DNA of 64,000 nucleotides from an uncultured Candidatus Entotheonella sp. (GTDB lineage Bacteria; Tectomicrobia; Entotheonellia; Entotheonellales; Entotheonellaceae): NCBI GenBank assembly GCA_965217185.1, contig OZ244252.1, positions 1,472,001 to 1,536,000 of the forward strand, read 5' to 3'. Shown piece by piece: positions 19,768 to 29,406 of this stretch (position 1 is its first letter; each line of letters starts with the position of its first letter). The notes under the pieces were generated by a model. It saw only the letters and a program-made list of their open reading frames with translations, ran no database searches and was not told where the DNA came from. The position numbers and the translations under genes were made by a program.

Positions 19768-20766
19768 TTACCGGATTTTCCCCTCGACGTGGGTCAGGGT
19801 GAAAGTCCTGCCCGGCTTGCGGGGATAGACGATCAAGCGGGCGCGCGACAGCGTCTTCTCCACTGTTTCCAGCCACAACCGTCCCTTCGACACTTGCGGC
19901 GAGGTGCGCACCTGCTCGGCCAGCTTGACGAAGCGTTGTGCCTCGCCGTGAGCCGCGTTGACCACCTCGCTGCGATAAATTTCCGCCTCCTGCCGAATCC
20001 GGTGGGCCTGTGCGCGGGCACGCGGCAGCAGGTCCTTGGCGTAGCCGTCGGCGACGTTCATGAGCCGCTGGCGGTCCGCCTTGGCGCTGGACACGTCGTT
20101 GAAAGCGGCGATGACGTTCGGTGGCGGGTTGTCCTCGACGATGTTCACCGACACCACCTGCACGCCCAGTCCCATGGCATCCACCAGTTCCTGGGTCAGA
20201 ACCCGCGATTCTTCCTGGATGCGCGCCTTGCCGCTGGACAGCACGTCGTCAACCTTCATGCGTGCAACCAGGAAGGTCAGGACGCTCTCGGCGGCCTTGC
20301 GCAGCGCCATGTCGCGAGATTGCCCGTCGCTGAAATCGGCGATGCGAAACAGGTAGTCGACCGGCGACTTGATGATGTACTGGATGGCTGTCTGCATTTC
20401 GACGATGTTGGTGTCGCCCGTGAGCCATTGCACCGCTTCCTCCATCGCCACCTCGTCCGCTTGTTCAGCCTCTTGATAGCTGAAGCCGACGGCCATGGTT
20501 TGCACCTCGGTGGTGCGCACGAGGCGCATGGTTTCCAGCGGGTACGGCAGGATGAAGTGCATGCCCGCCGGCAGGATGCTGCGCACGCGGCCAAAGCGCA
20601 GCACGACGCCCTGCTCGTTTTGATTCACCACCCAGACGCCAGTGACGGCCATGTGGCCGATGAGCGCGACGAGCAGAAGTGGCAGCAGGTACCAGCCGCG
20701 CAGCCGCAAGCCCAACCGGCGGCTGCCGGCGCCGTTGTCGGCCGATGGCGTGGCGTCGGGCGTCAT
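19768..20766 (-). CDS. hflK: HflK-like SPFH protein
   Basis: N-terminal TM, GVVLRFG, LTGDTNIV, PP.V..AFNDV..A..D, A.GYA...LP.ARAQA, RLWLETVE. Confidence 0.85.
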   Translation of the reverse strand: MTPDATPSADNGAGSRRLGLRLRGWYLLPLLLVALIGHMAVTGVWVVNQNEQGVVLRFGRVRSILPAGMHFILPYPLETMRLVRTTEVQTMAVGFSYQEAEQADEVAMEEAVQWLTGDTNIVEMQTAIQYIIKSPVDYLFRIADFSDGQSRDMALRKAAESVLTFLVARMKVDDVLSSGKARIQEESRVLTQELVDAMGLGVQVVSVNIVEDNPPPNVIAAFNDVSSAKADRQRLMNVADGYAKDLLPRARAQAHRIRQEAEIYRSEVVNAAHGEAQRFVKLAEQVRTSPQVSKGRLWLETVEKTLSRARLIVYPRKPGRTFTLTHVEGKIR

Positions 20767-21719
20767 TGGGCAACTCCTTCCTGCTGTTCCGTCAAGCGCT
20801 TCAGGCTGTCGGCCGCGTCACCGACCTGCGCCGGCACGGCGTCGCTGTTAGGCGTTTGCAGCACCTTGAGCAACTCGGAGTCGCTCGGCACCACGATGGT
20901 GGAACTCTCGCCAATAATGTTCTGGTACGCCTCTAGCGACCGCACGAACTCGAAGAATTCCGGGTCCTGGCCGAACGCCTCGGCGTAAATGCGGGTGGCC
21001 TCGGCGTCGGCCTCGCCGCGAATCTCCTCGGCCTGACGGCGCGCCTCGTTCAGCAGTACGGCTTCCTCACGGTCGGCGCTGGCGCGAATCTTCTCGGCTT
21101 CCTCCTCCCCCTCGGAGCGGTATAGCCGCGCGATGCGTTGTCGCTCGGCTTCCATGCGGCGGAACACCGCCTGCTTATTCTGCGGCGGAAAATTGAGGCG
21201 TTTGATGCGCACCGCGGCAATGTGCACCCCGAAGCTGTCGCTGGCGCGCTGCGCCGCCTTGCGGGTGATGTCGCGCATCACGTCGGCCATCGTCTGATCC
21301 TGCTCCTCGGTCGATACCAGGGCCGACAGCGGATACGCCCCGAGCGTCGTGCCGACTTCCGAACGCATGATGTCCGTCAGCCGCGCCTCGGCACTGGTCT
21401 TGTCGGTCAGGCTGACCAGATAGCGCAGCGGGTTGGACACCGACCAGACGAGGAAATTGCTCACCAGGATGTTCTTCTTGTCCGAGGTCAAGTACTCGCC
21501 GGGCTCGGGATCAAGCACGTTGGTGCGCCGGTCGATGCGCAGCAGGGTCTCGAAGGGCGGTGGCAATTTGAAGTGCAGGCCGGCCTGGCCGATCACCCGC
21601 CGCGGATCGCCGAAACGCGCCACAATGGCGTACTCGGTCTCCTGAACCTGGAAGGTGCTCGCGACGGCGACGAGCGCTATCACGACCACCACGCCAATCA
21701 CGATCAGAACGCTTCGCAT
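20763..21719 (-). CDS. hflC: HflC SPFH protein
   Basis: RFGDP, LTSDKKNILV, RIKR, RMEAERQRIA..RSEG, DPEFFEFVRSLEAY; ATGA overlap with hflK. Confidence 0.9.
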   Translation of the reverse strand: MRSVLIVIGVVVVIALVAVASTFQVQETEYAIVARFGDPRRVIGQAGLHFKLPPPFETLLRIDRRTNVLDPEPGEYLTSDKKNILVSNFLVWSVSNPLRYLVSLTDKTSAEARLTDIMRSEVGTTLGAYPLSALVSTEEQDQTMADVMRDITRKAAQRASDSFGVHIAAVRIKRLNFPPQNKQAVFRRMEAERQRIARLYRSEGEEEAEKIRASADREEAVLLNEARRQAEEIRGEADAEATRIYAEAFGQDPEFFEFVRSLEAYQNIIGESSTIVVPSDSELLKVLQTPNSDAVPAQVGDAADSLKRLTEQQEGVAQ

Positions 21720-21746
21720 GTCATGACCTCCGCAGCAATGAATGCC

Positions 21747-23870
21747 CTACTTTCCGTCACGGATGTTCCACAGATCGACCTCGACGTCATCGCCCAGCAG
21801 GAACAGTCCCTTGACGCCCTGCATGGCGCTTTCGACGGTGTCGAAGTACAGTCGCTTCCGGGTCAGCGCCTCGTTGTTGCGGTAAGCGTTCAGGCGCGAC
21901 ACGAAGGCCGCCCCCTGCCCTTTCGCTCCGTTGAGTTTCTCGCTTCGAAAGCTCTCGGCCTCCTGGATGAACGAATACGCTTGGGCGCGCGCCAAAGCCA
22001 CGGTTTCGGAGTGGTAGCCCTCGGCCTGCCGGATTTTGCGCGCCCGGTCCTCCAGCGAGCTGGCAACGTCGCGGAACGCCTCGTGCACGGCGGGCGGGGC
22101 GTGGGCGTCGAGCAGGTTCATGGCCACCGCCCGAACGCCGCTGCCAACGGCGTCAAGCTCGGCTTGCAGGGCGGCCAGAACCTCCTGTTCGATGGCAGCC
22201 CGGTCGGTCACCAGGACCTCCGATGACGAACGCCGCGCCACCGTCTGGCGCACGGCCCACTCGGCAAAGGTGCGCACCACCGCGGCGGGATCGGCCACCC
22301 GGTATTTGTAGGCATAGGGCTCGTTGACGCTGAAGTGAACGGTGTAGAAAAGACTGAGGATGTTTTCTTCGCCGCTCATCACCTGGGCGGCGTCGACCAG
22401 GTCTTCACGGTCGGAGGGCTCAATGTCGATACGGTTGGCAGCGCGCAGGAAGCCCTGATCGAGGCTACGCACTTCGTTGGTGCGCAGCCGGGTAACACGG
22501 TCGATCGGCAACGGCAGGTGCGCGTAGAGGCCCGGCGTGTCAAGCGTGCGCACAACGCGCCCGAGACGCACTATCCAGGCAGCTTCGCCCGGACCGACCA
22601 CGGAAAAGGCGGTGGAGACGTACAGCGCGACGACAACGATGAGGGCGGCGACCCGGAAGGCGGGGGACAGGGGGTCGAATCCCAGCGGCGCGCTGTAGGC
22701 CCGCACGCGCTCGACCATGTACGGACCCAGCCGCATGCGCACCGTGCTGAAAACCAGCAGGTAGACGAACAATACCGTGGCAACAATGTTCAGCGGCGAC
22801 AACCCGCTTTCCACGACCCGTGCAACAATCGCACTGAGGTCCACCGCAAAATAGCTGTATACGGCGTTGATCAACAAGCCCAGCAACAGCGCACTGCCGG
22901 TTACCCCGATCAGGTGCAGCACCAGAACACGCCGGCCCAGCAGGCGCGCAATGATGGCAATGGTGGTGGCGTTGGTGGCTGGCCCGACCAGCAGCAGCAC
23001 CAGCGCGGCGCCGGGGTCCAGCCCCTTGGCGATCAGCGTGGCGGCGACCGGCGTGGCGGCGGCGGCGCAGATGTACATCGGCGTGCCGATCAACAGCATG
23101 AGCACCGACGACACGAACCCGGCGGGGATGACAGAGCCGAAGAAATCGTCGGGAACGAGGATGGCGATCAGCCCGGACACCAACAGGCCGATGATCAGCC
23201 ATACCGTCAAGTCGTCCAGCAGCGGCCCAAAGGCGTAGGTCATCGAATCCCGCGTCACTTCCTTGAGTGAACGCTTTCCGACGCCGCCCGGCGTATACAC
23301 CGTGCTGTGGTCGTGGCCGTGGTCGTGATCGTGATCGTGGACAAGGTCGTGAGGCTCATCGGCTGGTGCCTCGGTATCCCCGTCCCAACCCCGCCGCACC
23401 ACGAAGTTGACCACCGAGCCGGTGAACACCGCGGTGGCGAACGCCCCCAGCGGACGCGCCACCGTCATGATGGGATCGAGCAGCGCGTAGGTAATGCCGA
23501 TGGAATCCAGCCCCGTCTCGGGCGTGGAGATCAGAAAGGACGTCGTCGCCCCTTTGCTTGCCCCGCTGCGCCGCAGCGACGTCGCCACCGGCAGCACCGA
23601 GCACGAGCACAGCGGCAGCGGAATGCCGAACAGGGAGGCCAGGATCACCGACTTGAAGCGGTTGTCGCCGAGGTGCTTGTAGACCTTATCCTCCGGCACA
23701 ATGGCCTTCAGAATCCCCGCCAGCGCAAACCCGATCAACAAATACGGCGCCGATTCGGCGACCAGCGTCAGCATCACCCCAAAATAGCCGTTCCACAGAA
23801 ACCCGCAGACACCGATGCCGAGAATGCAAATGCCGAGTGTGATTCCATGCCGTTGCCAAGGCATAACCAT
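21747..23870 (-). CDS. SO_0444/ArsP (DUF318)-family metal permease fused to a C-terminal HflK-like SPFH domain
   Basis: GIPLPLCSCSVLP, TPETG.DSI, PMYICA..ATP, GPATN, His-rich loop; C-terminal ~290 aa with HflK motifs (VHEAFRDVASS.ED, AEGY, RLYFDTVE). Confidence 0.85.
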   Translation of the reverse strand: MVMPWQRHGITLGICILGIGVCGFLWNGYFGVMLTLVAESAPYLLIGFALAGILKAIVPEDKVYKHLGDNRFKSVILASLFGIPLPLCSCSVLPVATSLRRSGASKGATTSFLISTPETGLDSIGITYALLDPIMTVARPLGAFATAVFTGSVVNFVVRRGWDGDTEAPADEPHDLVHDHDHDHGHDHSTVYTPGGVGKRSLKEVTRDSMTYAFGPLLDDLTVWLIIGLLVSGLIAILVPDDFFGSVIPAGFVSSVLMLLIGTPMYICAAAATPVAATLIAKGLDPGAALVLLLVGPATNATTIAIIARLLGRRVLVLHLIGVTGSALLLGLLINAVYSYFAVDLSAIVARVVESGLSPLNIVATVLFVYLLVFSTVRMRLGPYMVERVRAYSAPLGFDPLSPAFRVAALIVVVALYVSTAFSVVGPGEAAWIVRLGRVVRTLDTPGLYAHLPLPIDRVTRLRTNEVRSLDQGFLRAANRIDIEPSDREDLVDAAQVMSGEENILSLFYTVHFSVNEPYAYKYRVADPAAVVRTFAEWAVRQTVARRSSSEVLVTDRAAIEQEVLAALQAELDAVGSGVRAVAMNLLDAHAPPAVHEAFRDVASSLEDRARKIRQAEGYHSETVALARAQAYSFIQEAESFRSEKLNGAKGQGAAFVSRLNAYRNNEALTRKRLYFDTVESAMQGVKGLFLLGDDVEVDLWNIRDGK

Positions 23871-24000
23871 TCCTCCTGTGGGCTAACGGTCCCCATGCTG
23901 CCACACCGGCCAGACCTTCTGTGCTCGGTGGGCATTGCCCATTCTATAGGCATGATAGCCACAATGACAATTTGAAATGCCGGAGGGTATTTTGTAAAGA

Positions 24001-24899
24001 GAGCCTTTTGCAAAACTGTGGATGCAGGGGAGTTGTTGAGGGCAAGAGGTTGAAGTAACGGGACAGGCCGCCTTTGCCTGAAATCATGTGTTGTGCAACC
24101 ACCACATGATGGAGAGAACGGCCATGTCCCTTCGTGAAATCCTATCGAATTACTGGTTCGTCTTTCAACGGGAGCTTTTCCCTGCGCTCGAAGAAGAGAT
24201 CGGTCCTCTGGGGGAGCGCTACGAGTTGTTCGTCACGGTGCTCGAGTTCGTGCGGGTTGAGCGATTCCTGACGTCTTTCCACGCCCTGCCAGGGCGCCCG
24301 CCTTTATCGCCAAGGCGGTGTTTCAACTCCCGACCACCCGGGCTCTGATCGAGCGGCTGGCAGTCGACCGACCGCTGCGTCGCTTGTGCGGCTGGAGTCG
24401 TCTTGGGCAGGTCCCGAGCGCGGCGACCTTCTCGCGCGCCTTGCACCTTCGCTGAAAGTGCCTTGCCGAGCCGCCTACATGAGGCCCTCATCGAGAAGAC
24501 CATGCAGGGTCATCTGGTCGGCCACGTGTCACGCGATTCGACGGTCGGCTCAAGGATGAGTTTGGCGCCCGCCAGATACGCGTGCGCGGGCACGCCAAGG
24601 TGCTGTGCCACCTGATGTTTGGCATCCTGGCGCTGACGGTGACACAGTTGCTGCGCCTGCTAAACTGACCCCGACCTGGCGCCATCCATTTATTGCAGGC
24701 TGCACGCTCTCCTGGCAGGGGAGTCACGGGACAGCGTTGTTCGTACACCGCAACGGACGCCGAATCGTCTGTGGATTTTAGCCAACTTGCAACACCGGAG
24801 CCGTCCTGGCGGCGTATCCGGCGCAGAAACGTTACCAAATCGTTGCTTTTTTAACGTCTGCCGCTCGCTCCTGACGCTACAGGGTTTTGCAAGTGGCTC
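24001..24899 (+). mobile_element. Internally deleted IS (IS5/IS1182-like) with intact terminal inverted repeats
   Basis: TIRs GAGCCTTTTGCAAAAC (24001-24016) and GTTTTGCAAGTGGCTC (24884-24899), 14/16 match; frameshifted transposase pieces from MSLREILSNYW (24124) through GHVSRDST to HAKVLCHLMFGILALTV (stop 24668). Confidence 0.8.
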
Positions 24900-24900
24900 C

Positions 24901-25653
24901 TATGCCTACGGGCTGGTCTGGACGCCCCGGTTTATCGAGGGTTTCACCCTTAGCCTGGACGCCTATTCGATCCGAATCAGGAAAGGTATCAGCGTGGTGA
25001 AGCCGGAGTTCATTCTGAACCAGTGTCTGGAGGGCGACACCTCGCAGTGCGACAAGGTGAAACGCGGGCTGGGGGGTGATCTGTGGGTAGGGTCCGACGT
25101 CGAACGCAGCGGCCACATTGAGTCCCTGCTGGATAACCTGGCCATCGAGGAAGTGCAGGGGTATGACCTTACCGTCCGTTATGACCTCGACGTTGGGGAC
25201 TGGGGACGGCTGAGCTTCAGCGACATTCTTTCCATCACCACCACGTGGGACCAGCAGGAGTTGCTCGGGGCGCCGAAGGTGGATTGCGCCGGCAAATGGG
25301 GCGCTACGTGCGGCTCGCCGACCCCTGATACGCGGAACAATCTGCGCGTTACCTGGCTTACGCCCTGGCGGGTGCGGCCCAGTCTCATGTGGCGATACAT
25401 CAGCGGCGTTGAGGACCTCAACTCTACCCGGATCGATCTCGGGGCGCGGCATTACTTCGACCTGGCAGCGATCTGGGATTACACCGAATCCATCAGCCTG
25501 CGCGTCGGTATCAACAACCTGTTCGACGAAGCACCGCCGATTGCCGGCGGCGCGGCAGGACCGTCCATCAATGGCAACGGCAACACCTTCCCCGGCATGT
25601 ACGATGCCCTGGGCCGCTACGGGTTCATCGGGTTAAGCGTGGAGTTTTCGTAG
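24901..25653 (+). pseudogene. TonB-dependent receptor C-terminal fragment
   Basis: Beta-barrel strand pattern, GINNLFDEAPP, YDALGRY..GLSVEFS; no start, begins at the IS right end. Confidence 0.82.
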
Positions 25654-25693
25654 GCGCTTGCCGATGAGCAGGGAGCACCCCGGTTCCCGAGGG

Positions 25694-25719
25694 GTCATTC
25701 CGGGCTGACCCGGAATCCA
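25694..25719. repeat. GTCATTCC..GGAATCC REP-like palindrome
   Basis: GTCATTCCGGGCTGACCCGGAATCCA, with an ATTCCGGG/CCCGGAAT stem. Confidence 0.55.
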
Positions 25720-25777
25720 GCCGATCTTGGCTCCTGTTCGGGCCTTTGCCGCCCAATCAATCGAGGCAACACGACCC

Positions 25778-26521
25778 ATGCGCATTAGGGATTTTAAAGT
25801 TCTGACCTTCGACTGCTACGGCACGTTGATCGACTGGGAAAGCGGCATCCTTGCAGGCTTGAAACCGTTGACCGACAGGCTGGACCATACGATTTCCCGT
25901 GACGAGATCCTCGAATCGCACGCCTATCACGAATCCCAGCAGCAGTCCTCGACGCCTGGCATGCGCTACGCCGACCTTTTAGCAACCGTATACCGCAGGC
26001 TGGCCGAAGAGTGGGGAAAGCCTGCTGCGTGGGACGAATGCGTGGCTTATGGGGAGTCCGTCAAAACCTGGCCTGCCTTTCCCGACAGCGCTGACGCGTT
26101 GCGGCATTTGAAACGCCCCTTTCGGCTGGTCATTCTCTCCAACGTCGACAACGTGAACTTTTCCTACTCCAATGAAAAACTGGACATTGAATTCGACGCC
26201 ATCTTCACGGCGGAGGACATCGGCTCCTACAAGCCCGCAAAGCGAAACTTCGACTACATGCTCCGAAACCTCGCGCGAGCGGGCTTCGCCAAGGAGGACG
26301 TTCTGCACGTCGCCGAAAGCATGTTCCATGACCACGCGCCGGCAAACGAGTTGGGTATCAGAAATTGCTGGATTTACCGCCGACGCGGCAAGGAGGGGTT
26401 TGGAGCCACGGTCAAGCCGGAAGCCATGCCGGGTTACGATTTCGTTTTCGGCAGCATGCAGGAACTGGCAGAGGCGCACGTGCAAGAATGCGCAAACGGA
26501 AGTGCTTCCGACGGCCTATGA
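25778..26521 (+). CDS. Haloacid dehalogenase type II (HAD superfamily)
   Basis: FDCYGTLIDWE, ILSNVD, GSYKP, HVAESMFHDH motifs. Confidence 0.92.
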   Translation: MRIRDFKVLTFDCYGTLIDWESGILAGLKPLTDRLDHTISRDEILESHAYHESQQQSSTPGMRYADLLATVYRRLAEEWGKPAAWDECVAYGESVKTWPAFPDSADALRHLKRPFRLVILSNVDNVNFSYSNEKLDIEFDAIFTAEDIGSYKPAKRNFDYMLRNLARAGFAKEDVLHVAESMFHDHAPANELGIRNCWIYRRRGKEGFGATVKPEAMPGYDFVFGSMQELAEAHVQECANGSASDGL

Positions 26522-26532
26522 GCAGAAGGCTT

Positions 26533-27141
26533 TCAACGCGGCATGGGGATGGGGAATTCCACCTGAATGCGTGACGCGGCGTTCATCATCCAGACGGTAA
26601 TCCACACACTGGAGAAGGTGAGGTCCGTCGCGCCGGTGGGATAGGGAAAGGTGAAGAGGGCTGTCTTGCGCTTCCTGCGGCCTACCTTCGTTGGCTCGCC
26701 GGAGATGCCGCTGACCGCGAGCAATGGATATTTCGCCGAGGTCTCATTGTCCGTCAGCAGCGTCGAAGTGTGAAAATCTTCCGCCAGGAATATCGGTCTG
26801 GGTGAACTGGCGTTATTTTTGTATACGACGCCGAGAATCAGATTGTCGCCTTGTCGCTCGACAAACCGCAACACCCAGTTCCAGCTTTGAGCCTTGAACA
26901 CTTGCCGGTTGACGTCAAGCCGCCAGTCCGCCTCAGGCTGGGCGTGTGTCTCGGTAATCGGTAACAGGCCGGGACACAGCAACATAACGACGAGGGCGAC
27001 AACGCCCGGCGTCAGAAGCCATCGTGACCGCGCTCCCCTCCCCTCAAATTTGCCGGAAGCCGGCTCACTCAGGATCAAGCCACACCGCCCCTCTGACCGC
27101 CAGGGTTTCCAGATACGCTCCAATCTGGTCAATCTCCTCAT
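26533..27141 (-). CDS. Hypothetical exported beta-rich protein (true start probably downstream of the ORF limit)
   Basis: Hydrophobic signal-like segment then THA-QPE; co-oriented and tightly packed after the cytochrome c gene. Confidence 0.6.
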   Translation of the reverse strand: MRRLTRLERIWKPWRSEGRCGLILSEPASGKFEGRGARSRWLLTPGVVALVVMLLCPGLLPITETHAQPEADWRLDVNRQVFKAQSWNWVLRFVERQGDNLILGVVYKNNASSPRPIFLAEDFHTSTLLTDNETSAKYPLLAVSGISGEPTKVGRRKRKTALFTFPYPTGATDLTFSSVWITVWMMNAASRIQVEFPIPMPR

Positions 27142-27481
27142 CGCTCAACACCCTACCGCCGCCGTAGGGCGGCATCTTTTTCTTGCCCTTCTTGATGATC
27201 TGCACGTAAAGGCCGTAGCCGCGCTTGAACTTCTGCAAATTCGAGGCCCCGGCAATGCCCCGCCCTCTGCCGTTGGCTCTCATGCCGTGGCAAACCACAC
27301 AAACGGCGCGGTAGAGCGTTTTGCCATCCTGGATGGCGCTCTCGTCGCCTGACAACGGATTGGAAGACGCGACCTTCACAGCCGCCAGCGCGTCTTGTGA
27401 GCCCGTCGTCAGAACTGTGGACAAAACGGTTGCGAAAATCAGCACAGAAAGGAATAGCGATTTACAGGGCCTCCGATTCAT
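27065..27481 (-). CDS. Monoheme c-type cytochrome, likely electron acceptor of the PQQ dehydrogenase
   Basis: Signal peptide, CVVCH, MPPY axial Met, LSDEEI. Confidence 0.9.
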   Translation of the reverse strand: MNRRPCKSLFLSVLIFATVLSTVLTTGSQDALAAVKVASSNPLSGDESAIQDGKTLYRAVCVVCHGMRANGRGRGIAGASNLQKFKRGYGLYVQIIKKGKKKMPPYGGGRVLSDEEIDQIGAYLETLAVRGAVWLDPE

Positions 27482-27571
27482 CTGACTCGTCTTCCCAGAT
27501 GCAGCGAAAGCACGCCGATTCGACGTGCTTTCGCCGGGTCGTTACCACATGCCGCTGTCCGTAAGACAGGG

Positions 27572-29281
27572 CTACCTACGGAAGGTGAACATGATGCTGC
27601 CATGTTCAAGGGGATGATCGTCGGGTGCCGAGCCAAACGTCGGCATGCCGCCGCCGGCGATGGTGACGTACTGCTTGCCGTCGAGCATGTAGGTGATCGG
27701 CGCCGCTTTGAAGGTGACACCGGCGCTGAAGGTCCAGAGGATTTCTCCGGTGCTGGCGTCCACGGCGTGCACGATACCGCCCGCGCCGCCGTACATGACC
27801 AAACCGCCGGCAGTGCTCAGCATGCCGCCGGAGTAACCGTCCTTGGATTTCTGGTCGCGCCAGGTTTCCTGTCCGGTTGCGGCGTTCACCGCCTTGTTCA
27901 GCTCATAGCCGCCGGGCGGCAGTTCAAACGTTGCGCCAACGAGTTGCACGTTGCTCGTCGTCTGCACCTTCTCGAAACCCCACAGCATGCCCATCTCACG
28001 CGCCGACAAATAAATCATGCCGGTCTGCGGGTTGTATGCCGGCGGGTACATGTTCACGCCGCCCAGCAGGCTGGGCCACACCTCCACCGGATCCTCGCCT
28101 TCCTGAGGGATGGTCTGGGTCCAGACGGGCTTGCCATCATCGGTGAAACCCGACGCCCAGGTGATGCGGTCCGAAAACGGCGTCGCTTTCAGGAACTCGC
28201 CGGTCGCGGCATCCAGATAGCTAATAAATCCGGTCTTGTTGGGTTGCACCACGGTCTTGCGTCCGTCGATCGTAAGAACCAAGGGCACCTGCATGGTGTC
28301 GTAATCGTAGGGATCGCCCGGCACCACGGTGTAGCGCCACGCGACCTTGCCGGTTTCCGTGTCGACGGCCACCACGGCGGCGGCCCCGACGTTCTCGTAG
28401 TCACCGCCGCCGCGGCCTTGCCGTTCGCTGTGCGGGGTGTACGGATAGGCATTTGCCGTGCCGGTGTAGTACATCTTCAGATCGGGGTCCCAACTGCCGG
28501 TAATCCACGGGCCGGCGCCGCCGTAATCCCGGCTGTTTCCCGGCCAGCTATCGTAGCCCGGCTCGCCGGGTCCGGGAATCATGTTCGCCGACCACAACAA
28601 CTCGCCGGTCTCCGGGTCAACGGAGTCCACAAAGCCGGGCTTGCCGCCCATGTCGGAAGCGTTCATGGGCAGAAGGACCTGGCCCGGAATCACCAGAGGG
28701 CCTACGGTGGTCAGGTAGCCGCCGGCGTCGTCCGATGATTCGTAGGTGCGCGGGTATTCCCGTATCTGCTTGGCGAACATCGACTCGCCGGTCTTGTAAT
28801 GGAGTGCGTGCAGGACGTTGTCGTTGGAAAGGAAGTAGATCTTGTCCTGGTAGATCGCCACGCTGCGGTGCTTGTTGGTCAGGAAGTCGTTGAACTGCCA
28901 GTGGCCCCAGTCCTCGGGCAATTCGTGCTCGAATTTCCACACCCGAGCGCCAGTGCGGGCGTCAATCGCATGCACTTTGTTGTCCAGCGGGATGTACAAC
29001 AGGCCGTCGTGGTAGATGGGATTGGACTGCAGGCCGGTAACGCCGCCGAGGGCGAGCGCCCAGGCCACGTTGAGGTCTTGAACGTTGCTCGTATTGATCT
29101 GTGTGAGCGTGCTGTGCCGGGTGGCTTGCCAGTCGCCGTGGACGTGCAGCCATTCTTCGCCGGCCGGCCGCGCCAGCGCTTCATCCCGCACCGGGAACGC
29201 CTGCGCGCCGCCGATCATCAGCATGAGCAAGGAAACCACCACCAGCAACCCGGACACGCGCTTGAAGATACGACTACTCAT
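27572..29281 (-). CDS. PQQ-dependent dehydrogenase (alcohol-dehydrogenase-like, atypical active site)
   Basis: Signal peptide, LTQINTSNV.DL..AW, AIDARTG..VW propeller repeats, GTAN, DYD, PITYMLDGKQYV. Confidence 0.92.
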   Translation of the reverse strand: MSSRIFKRVSGLLVVVSLLMLMIGGAQAFPVRDEALARPAGEEWLHVHGDWQATRHSTLTQINTSNVQDLNVAWALALGGVTGLQSNPIYHDGLLYIPLDNKVHAIDARTGARVWKFEHELPEDWGHWQFNDFLTNKHRSVAIYQDKIYFLSNDNVLHALHYKTGESMFAKQIREYPRTYESSDDAGGYLTTVGPLVIPGQVLLPMNASDMGGKPGFVDSVDPETGELLWSANMIPGPGEPGYDSWPGNSRDYGGAGPWITGSWDPDLKMYYTGTANAYPYTPHSERQGRGGGDYENVGAAAVVAVDTETGKVAWRYTVVPGDPYDYDTMQVPLVLTIDGRKTVVQPNKTGFISYLDAATGEFLKATPFSDRITWASGFTDDGKPVWTQTIPQEGEDPVEVWPSLLGGVNMYPPAYNPQTGMIYLSAREMGMLWGFEKVQTTSNVQLVGATFELPPGGYELNKAVNAATGQETWRDQKSKDGYSGGMLSTAGGLVMYGGAGGIVHAVDASTGEILWTFSAGVTFKAAPITYMLDGKQYVTIAGGGMPTFGSAPDDHPLEHGSIMFTFRR

Positions 29282-29406
29282 GATCCTTCCCTCCTTCTTA
29301 CCAATAGGGTCATTGCTTAGAACGTTTGGTAAAGAAGAACAACTGAGTAGCCGTCTAGCAGAAGCTCACCGGGAAGTCAAGGACGTTTCAGCCTTCCGTC
29401 ACGGCG

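Noticed and set aside
24787..24900. N-terminus of a 288-aa receptor-like ORF
   Set aside because: This part is IS sequence read through in frame
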